Shown here: one piece after another, positions 55,109 through 64,000 of the stretch
Layout: every line of letters begins with the position of its first letter
How positions within the stretch are numbered: the first letter of the stretch is position 1
From: Eledone cirrhosa
Taxonomy: Eukaryota
NCBI GenBank assembly: GCA_964016885.1
Contig: OZ024757.1
Location: 11,408,001 to 11,472,000, forward strand
Length of the DNA stretch: 64,000 nt
Reading direction: 5' to 3'
Translations under genes and position numbers: made by a program
Notes under the pieces: generated by a model
Database searches by the model: none
The model's input: only the letters and a program-made list of their open reading frames with translations
Told to the model about the DNA's origin: nothing

Positions 55109-55884
55109 TCACATAAAGGAGTCTCACTACTTTTACTAATACATTAAGAAATGTAGGTATGCTATGTAGTCTAATATACAAAGGGTCCATAAAAGACTGC
55201 AGAACTCCGCTTTCTTCTTCTACAATGTTGTAATGTAGCATTTAGTTGGTGCAAGTAATGAGACATATGACAGCATAAGAATGATCTTGGATGAAGAAAA
55301 GGCAAGTGCTTATATGTATATGTGTGTGTGTGTGTGTGATTATTGTGGAGTATTCCACTATTATTTTTGTTAAAGTGAGAGAAGCTCTATTCACGATAAA
55401 ATCCTCAGCTCATAAAACAAACGAATAAGGCTTCTATAGTTAAGGTTCTTGTTATTGAGGACAGTTCAGGTGGCAAGAGAATTAATATCTATAATTTCAA
55501 AAGATGAAGGTTAATATATATACATATATATATATACAGACATACAGTGTGTAGGTATGAGAGAGAGAAATAAATAGGTGTATGTGTGTGTGTAGAAATA
55601 TGTGTGTAGGTGTTGTAATAAATCAAGATATTTCACTTCAGATAGAAAAGTTTACAATGTTTGTGTTCTGGTGGAAAACGAAATAATACGTACTTTAGTT
55701 TTCAAGACCAAATATAAAGACAAGAAAAGTTAGTAAAAACTAAATGTTCACTGATTTCTGATTAAAATAATATTTTCCTGTCCTGTAAAATGTTGAACAA
55801 CCACTTCACGATGTTGGGGACTTGTTTGTGATGAGATGAAATGTTTAATAATACAGCTGATAAAACAACAACTCTAAGGAATAA

Positions 55885-56500
55885 GGCACTACAACGAAAT
55901 TGGTTGTCAGAAGTGAAAGTAGAAGAATGTGACGTCAATCTGACGTCATTCGTCAACCTTCGTTTATTTCAATATCACCACCACCACCACCACCATGTGT
56001 AAATAAATAGTTTAGCGTAATCGATTTGTTTCCATTCCGAAGCAGTAACGCTTCGAATATTTCGATAAATATTTACGAGTTACTTATGAATTTCTAATAG
56101 ATACGTTTGCGATGAGATACACTTATTAAAAATACTTTCTTTGCATAGTTCCGTTCGTAAAGGCTTTAATTTACTGTACTACTCGGGAACCTTTTAATAA
56201 CATACAGGATTAAGCCCATGTTTTTTCAACCAATTAATGGTATCTGCTGTAGTAGGGGTAGCAATGAAAATATGGCGATGATTAACTCCACGCTGGGGTA
56301 TAATGTAGAATTCATATTTTTCAACTTTCAAATACGTGTATTATCCCAAAGTGAGAAACCAAATTTTACATCAACGTGGTGATTTCAAAGTTTATTTATT
56401 TACACATGGTGGTGGTGGGGATACGGAAATAAACGAAGGTTGACGAATGACGTCACATTCTTCTACTTTCACTTCTGACAGCCAATTCCGTTGTAGTGCC
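55885..56500. mobile_element. Merlin-like MITE with GGCACTAC TIRs
   Basis: ~120-bp imperfect TIRs related to the element at 6565. No TSD recognisable. Confidence 0.8.
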
Positions 56501-56660
56501 ATATATAAACATGATAGTCACGGCTGGAACAACTTTAATTATAGGTCTGCTCAATCATACTATCATGGGATTTAAATTGAGCAAAGGTGGAGTTTACTAC
56601 GTTACGTTAGTTTATATATACCATCATCATCATCATCATCTTCAACATTATCATTTAACG

Positions 56661-56840
56661 GTGGATTGGCAGTATCGGTAGAGGGTCGGACGTCATGCTT
56701 TCCAGCATAGTTACGTCCCTTTACGATCTGAGTTCAAATCCAGCCGAGGTTGACTTTGCCTTTCATCCTTACGGGGTCGATAAAATAAAGTACCAGTAAT
56801 GCACTGGGTAATTGCTGGCCTTGTGCCTAAAGTAGAAACA
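56661..56840 (+). mobile_element. tRNA-derived SINE inserted in the LINE tail
   Basis: TSD ATTATCATTTAACG on both sides; A and B boxes. Confidence 0.88.
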
Positions 56841-57804
56841 ATTATCATTTAACGTTCATTTTTATCACACCTGCATAGGTTAAACAGGTTGTCACGTTAT
56901 GAGACTTGTCAGGTGTGGAGACCAGGTCTCATATGGATGTGTATTTTGGTTTGGTTTCTAAGGTTGGATGCCCTTCTTAACACGAAACACGTTACAATGT
57001 GGACTGCACACTTTTGTATGACCACCTTACAGGATGAACTGGGTGTTTTTTATTGTTGTAGCAATATCAACTAGGTGTGTGGGATATTTAGCAGGTGAGG
57101 GCAGGGTCTTATGAATGGGGGGGGGGGGGGGTGAAGAGAAGATTGGTGAAGACTAGTGTGTTCTCTACATGTTTGTTTTATTTCATTTTTAGCACATGCG
57201 AGGGGGGGGGGGGTCTTCTACAGTACAGCATGACGCCAGAGGTCTCGATCCTGTGACATTTCCATTGAGAGGTTTAATTGGGCAAGGTGAGCTTTTATTA
57301 TTTCATCCCAAGCTTTCCAAGGTCTTCCTCTTTCATAGTTAACATCGACTTTGACAAGCCTGTACCTTTTTATACAGCTGTCATCTTCCATATACATCAC
57401 ATTTCCAAACCACCACAATCTCCTCTCCTCTACACTGCATCTGACCTCTCTTATGCCTAGTTTCTCTCTCAGTTTATTAATGCTTGTTGTTCATAAACAC
57501 TATTACACATCTATCAGATCCTGTAAACTTCATTTCTTTCCAGTCTTTATAGGTCCTCTGAATATATTGCCCTGGTCTCACTTCAATGTAACATTGCTGT
57601 TCGTACACAGATTTCATATACGCTGCCTTTCACTTTCAGGCGAAATCATTTTGTAGGCAGCAGTAGTAGTAGCTCCCTAAACTTTTTCCATCCCATTCTT
57701 ACTCAGGCTACTGTACCTTCAGAACACCCACCTCCACTGTTAATTTAGTCATCTAGTTAACGGAAATTGTGAACCGGTTTCTACAGAGCCTTCTGAACAT
57801 TTAA

Positions 57805-58024
57805 CCCTTTAGCATTTAAACCAGCCATACCTAGCCAGAATACTCTCACATCTTTAGTTCAAACTGGCCATAACTGGCCACTCATACTGACGTTAAGGTA
57901 TTGTTATCAATATAAATAATATCAAAATCTCGTTTATTCGATATTATATGAGATAATTATGTAAGATAAAGCCTTTACCACAAAAATACAATAGTATATA
58001 TAGAGTAATGGAAATGCTAAAGGG
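57805..58024. mobile_element. piggyBac-like MITE (same insertion as 28556-28775)
   Basis: TTAA-CCCTTTAGCATTT...AAATGCTAAAGGG-TTAA. Confidence 0.9.
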
Positions 58025-59996
58025 TTAAAGTAGCTTATTTTTTTGTGAGATGTTGCTAGTTATTGGTCTTGTGCATCAAGCACATAAAAAACTTACATTC
58101 TTTTGCTAATCTCACTGAGATCCAACTACATCTCTCGTTTATCCATAGTTTGGAATTTCTACCTACTCCTTTCCTTTAGACTGAGCTAGGCCATTTTCAG
58201 CAGGGGATATAGACCGTTTTCCTTTCTATTTTGCCAAGTTAACTTTAAAACATTTTCATTCTAGGCCATGCTTCCAGGTTTGGAATTTCTCATCTAATTT
58301 TACTATAGATTAAGCTACAAGGGTTAAATCATGTGCATACAGGAGTTCCCATGGACAGCAGTCTTAAACTCTTATGCAATAGCCTGAAGGATGCTAATAA
58401 ACAGAAGAGGGTTTATAACAGAGCCCTGATAGACTTGCTCACTCAATTCCTCACTATAGCCAGCATTACCTTTAAGCTTACTGACTGCTCCTCCATACAT
58501 GGCTTTTACTGCTCTCACAAGCCACTCATACACCCCTAGTTTTCTAAGTTACACACCAGATTATGGAGCGGGGAAGTCTCACAAAAGCTCTCTCTGTGTC
58601 AACAAATGCCAAGTAGAGGGGCATATTTTAGCTAGGTACTGCTCTTGCAGTTGCGACACAAGGAAGAGGACATCAGTGGTACTTTTACCTGGCACAAATC
58701 CTTCATCTCATCTAGGTTAACTTGGTCCCTAATCAGCTGTGTTATAACTCTAACATCTTCATGAAGTGGTCCATCTAATGTCTCTATAGATTTCTAGCTC
58801 TAGTACATCTCCTTTGCCCTTGTAGCAATTAATGATGATGACACTACACCATTTATTTGGTATGACACCATTTTGTATTACTTGCTTTACGTTACCAATG
58901 GTTAAGATGTGACCCACCATCCCAGATACTTTCAGTATCTCAGCAACTATCACCAATGGACAAGATACTTTCTCTGTCTTCATATCCTTAATTACCTTAC
59001 TACACTACTGCTTACTTGTATGGCTGGACCCTCTGTTGGGCCCACTTTCTGTAGACTATCTTCCTCCCATGCATTCTCCTCATTCAGTAATCTTTCATAA
59101 AGGCTTTTCCATGTTACAAAGGTTGGCTGAAAAGTTCATAGACTATCAATGATAGCATGATGCTAGAGCTGTTAAATCTTGTCTGCATTAATTTCAACTC
59201 TTCTTATTTATAACTGCATTGTTTCCTTCCAGGGACTATGTTGAAAAATAAACCTCATGAGAGTATCTTGGTCTGCCTATGAACTTTTCAGCTGACCCTA
59301 TTCAGCATCAGTGAGGGCAAGTGCCCCATTATCTTCCTAGACACACTTTACCCCAACATCACAATTTTCCCTCACACACTGCCTCACAATCCTGAACATC
59401 TCATGTATTTCGTCTTCACATCATAAAACCAGCTGAAATTATTTATTCTCTGCTTCCCTCCTTGCAAAGAATACTTCTTGCCTAGCTTCCTGGTAGTGTA
59501 CCCTCCAGCTTCTCCCATTCTGTCATTATTCCATGCCTGTCTCTTGGCCTTAACTGTCTCATCTACCCTAGTGTTTCACCACCAAGTTACTCTCCTTCTC
59601 TCTGAAGCCCTGCTCCAGCCACAGATCTAGTTTGACACCTTCAGCAAAGTTTCTTTCAGGAACTGCCACTGTTCCCCTATATTGTATGTTTCTATTTGTC
59701 CTTCCTTACTGTTGTGAAGATCAAACAAAAATCTCTAAATTTGGAACTGGCTGAGGGGTCCTTTAACTTCCATATCCTTCTCCTCCAGGTTGCCCCCAGT
59801 CTTCAAGTTAATCTAAGTCTATGAAGTCACTAACTACTGGGTTATGTTGGGAGGTGCATTCTTCCCCAGTGGGTGGGGATTGTGTGTTTACAAATGTCAC
59901 TATCTCATCTGACTGGCATGCTCACCTGATCAATAGGTGTTGAAGTGGTTGTCTGGTAAACGTTAAGACCCTCTTATATACATATATATATATATA

Positions 59997-60860
59997 CTAG
60001 CAGTGGTACCCGGCGTTGCACGGGATAAGGTATTTTGGAACGCGGGCCGCCAACAGGCCTAATCGTGGAAAAGCTGCATGCCTGGACAATATGTAAAGAA
60101 AATAAACCGAATACTCTGATGGCTGGATAATCTTTAAGATCTTCCTCGATGAAGCAGGAATAATGCGGGCCCTAGAGGACGAGAAAAAATTTTTTTTTAT
60201 GTGCATAACATGCCTTGAAATTTCGGGAAAATCGGCTAGACGTAACGCCTCCAAGAAGCGCTAAGAGGTTGAAAAAATGAAGTTTTTCACCTAATGCGGG
60301 CCCTAGGCCATAATAGAGTTGGATTTTCTTTGCTTACGTTATGAATAAGAGACTGACTAATACATAGTTACAATTCCAAGGAAATCGGTCTGACGTAACG
60401 CCTCAAAAAACCCCTAAAAATGTTAAAAATCGCAGTTGAATTTTTTTATATGCCTGACACTCCCTGAATCATAAGTAATACCCCTGTAAAGTTTGAAAAA
60501 AATCGGTTGGGTACTTCTCGAGTTTTAGGGATTCAAACTCACAGACACAGGCACACACACAGACAGACATCCTCAGGGAAGTGACGTAATGCAGACAGCC
60601 AGACATGCAGACAGATATTATAAGGGCGCGACGTTATATGTATGTATCTATCTAAAAAAAGAAAGACTAAGAATTATAGAGAGAGATCGTTAAATCGCCT
60701 AATGCGGTCCCTAGGGCATAGAAAATTTGAAATTTGTTTTGCCCAGATGACTCCTTGAAATATAAGTATTACATGTGTAAAGTTTGAAAACAGTCGGTTG
60801 GGTGGTTCTCGAGTTTTAGGGATTCGAACTCACAGGCACACAGACATCCTCAGTTTTATA
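59997..60860 (-). mobile_element. Non-autonomous Helitron
   Basis: Reverse complement of 25842-26704; CTAG at 59997. Confidence 0.8.
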
Positions 60861-60904
60861 TATATATAAATATATATATATACTCATATATGTACAAATA
60901 TATA

Positions 60905-61019
<115 letters not shown>

Positions 61020-61471
61020 ATAGACACACAATGACAGCCAGAATCAGTATTTCATTTATGGACCTCGAAATATAGAAGCAGCTTCACCTCAGTGGGATTT
61101 TTACACTGAGAGCTAGAGCAGACGCTGAACATATATCCAGATGTGCACACATCTATATAAGAACACATATATAAATATACACATATGTACACACAGATAC
61201 ACATATTTATACACACGTAATTATACTCACATATAGATATACATATACACAAATGAATATACAATCATATTCATGGACAGAAATTTCCCCACACATACAT
61301 ATACACTCATATATATATATATATACATATACACTCATATATATGTATATATATTCTTTGCTTAAACTTTAATCTGTTCTTTTAATGTTTGCTCTGTGGT
61401 TTTTATATATTTGATATATATTTATCCTTATCGAGCCCTCTTCGGATTTTAGTCTTCACATTTATTATATA

Positions 61472-62417
61472 CTAGTAGTGGTACCCGGCATTGCACGGGA
61501 TAAAGTATTTTGGAACGCGGGCCGCCATGAGACCTAATCGTGGAAAAACTGCATGCCTGGACAACATGTAAAGAAAATAAACCAAAATCTCTGATGGCTG
61601 GATAATCTTTAAAGTTTTACTCGATGAAGGAGGAAAAATGCAGGTTTTCCCCTAATGCGGGCGCTGGGGATCAAGAAAATGAATATTTTTATGTGCATAA
61701 TATACCTTGAAATGTCGGGAAAATCGGCTAGACATAACGCCTCCAAAAAGCCCTAAGAAGGTGAAAAAATGAAGTTTTTCACCCTAGACCATAAAAAAGT
61801 TGGATTTTCTTTCCTCGCGCTATGAAAAAGAGACTGACTAATACATAGTTACAATTTCAAGGAAATCGGTCTGACGTAACACCTCAAAACCCCCTAAAAA
61901 CCTGAAAAAAACGCAGTTTTTCACGTAATGTGGGCCCTAGGGGATCAAAAAGTTGAATTTCTTATGTGTATAACACTCCCTGAAACATAAGTAATACACA
62001 TGTAAAGTTTGAAATGTATCGGTTGGGTACTTCTCGAGTTTTAGGGATTCAAACTCACAGACACACACACACACGCACACAAAGACAGACATCGTCAGGG
62101 AAGTGAAGTAATGCAGACAGCCAGACATAGAGACAGATAGTATAAGGGCGCGACGTTATATGTATGTATCTATCTAAAAAGAGAAAGACTAAGAATTATA
62201 GAGAGAGATCGCTAAATCGCCTAATGCGGTCCCTAGGGCATTGAACATTTGAAATTTGTTTTGCTCAGAACACTCCCTGAAACATAAGTATTACATGTGT
62301 AAAGTTTGAAAACAGTCGGTTTGGTTCTTCTGAAGATTTAGGGATTCAAACACACACACACAGACAGACATCCTCAGTTTTATATATATACTAGCAGTGG
62401 TACCCGGCGTTGCACGG
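61472..62417 (-). mobile_element. Non-autonomous Helitron plus the abutting 3' terminus of a second copy (62391-62417)
   Basis: CTAGTAGTGGTACCCGGCATTGCACGGG at 61472 and CTAGCAGTGGTACCCGGCGTTGCACGG at 62391. Confidence 0.8.
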
Positions 62418-64000
62418 TGGAAGTTCCTCAAAGAAACTTTTCTGAAGGTATCAAACTAGATCTGTGGCTGAAGCAGGGCTTCAGAGAGAAGGAGAGTCAC
62501 ACTAGGGTAGATGAGAAAGTTAAGGCCAAGAGACAGGCATGGAATAATGGCAGAACGGAGGACTCTGGAGGGAACACTACCAGGAAGCTAGGAAAGAAGT
62601 ATTATTTGCAAGGAGGGAAGTAGAGAATATATAATTTCAGCTGGTTTTATGATGTGAGGACGAAATACATGAGATATTCAGGATTGTGAGGGAAAATTGT
62701 GATGTTGGGGTAAAGTGTGTCCAGGATGATAATGGGGCACTTGCCCTCACTGATGCTGAATAGGGTCAGCTGAAAAGTTCATAGCCAGACCAAGATACTC
62801 TCATGGAATGACCAAATAAGGGTTTATTTTTCAATATAGTCCCTGGAAGGAAACAATGCAGTTATAAATAAGAAGAGTTGAAATTAATGCCGGCAAGATT
62901 TCACAGCTCTAGCATCATGCTATCATTGATAGTCTATTAACTTTTCAGCCAACCTTTGTAACATGGAAATGCCTCCATGAAAGATTACTGAATGAGGAGA
63001 ATGCATGGGAGTAAGATAGTATACGGAAAGTGGGCCCAACAGAGGGTCCAGCCATACAAGTAAGCAGTAGCGTAGTAAGGTAATTAAGGATTTGAAGACA
63101 GAAAAAGTATCTTGTCCATTGGTGATAGTTGCTGAGATACTGAAAGTATCTGGGGTGGTGGGTCACATCTTAACCACTGGTATCGTAATCAAGTAATACA
63201 AAATGGTGTCATACCAAATAAATGGTGTAGTATCATCATCATCAACTGCTACAAGGGCAAAGGAGATGTACTAGAGCTAGAAAACTATAGAGACATTAGA
63301 TGGACCACTTCATGAAGATGTTAGAGTTATAACACAGCTGATTAGGGACCAAGTTAACCTAGATGAGATGAAGGATTTGTGCCAGGTAAAAGTACCACTG
63401 ATGTCCTCTTCCTTGTGTCGCAACTGCAAGAGCAGTACCTAGCGAAAATAAGCCCCTCTACATGGCATTTGTTGACCCAGAGAGAGCTTCTGTGAGACTA
63501 CCCCGTTCCATAATCTGGTGTGTAACTTAGAAAACTAGGGGTGTATGAGTGGCTTGTGAGAGCAGTAAAAGCCATGTATGGAGGAGCAGTCAGTAAGGTT
63601 AAAAGTAATGATGGCTATAGTGAGGAGTTGAGTGAGCAAGTCTATCAGGGCTCTGTTATTAACCCTCTTCTGTTTATTATCATCCTGCAGGCTATTGCAT
63701 AAGAGTTTAAGATTGGCTGTCCATGGGGACTCCTGTATGCACATGATTTAACCCTTGTAGCTTAATCTATGGTAAAATTAGAGGAGAAATTCCAAACCTG
63801 GACGCATGGCCTAGAATGAAAATGTTTTAAAGTTAACTTGGCGAAATAGAAAGGAAAACAGGGTCTATATCCCCTGCTGAAAATGGCCTAGCTCAGTCTA
63901 AAGGAAAGGAGTAGGTAGAAATTCCAAACTATGGATAAACGAGAGATGTAGTTGGATCTCAGTGAGATTAGCAAAAGAATGTAAGTTTTGTATGTGCTTG
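62418..64000 (+). mobile_element. Dead RTE LINE, composite copy D (runs off the right edge)
   Basis: Collinear with 27030-28500 and shares its lesions. Confidence 0.85.

Larger units (their letters stand above)
56622..59960 (-). mobile_element. Dead RTE LINE, composite copy C, with (GAT)n tail
   Basis: Reverse complement of copy B, but retains the full 3'UTR and tail. Confidence 0.85.

Overview
AT-rich eukaryotic (animal) genomic DNA. The combination of C2H2 zinc-finger cassettes, RTE-clade LINEs, a tRNA-derived SINE and long (TA)n tracts suggests a cephalopod such as Octopus, but this is inference. No intact host gene is visible. The window is a decaying tandem cluster of about 8 paralogous C2H2 ZNF copies (frameshifted, truncated or internally deleted), interleaved with: one near-full-length RTE LINE (APE+RT) and four segmentally duplicated copies of a dead LINE+Helitron composite; non-autonomous Helitrons; a 2-kb non-coding LTR element with a tRNA-Trp PBS; Merlin-like and piggyBac-like MITEs with empty-site paralogs inside the window; a Merlin transposase relic; and several locally born minisatellites. 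The most interesting signal is two unrelated non-coding tandem repeats that each carry one type I hammerhead ribozyme per monomer: a 1286-bp monomer at 34.6-37.2 kb with an inverted end, and a ~500-bp monomer at 48.7-50.1 kb. These are candidate retrozyme / Penelope-dependent circular-RNA elements. A 69-bp satellite at 1-3.6 kb encodes 23-aa STPR-like repeats and ends at a possible Helitron terminus. Coordinates were read by eye and element boundaries are approximate unless a TSD/TIR is quoted.
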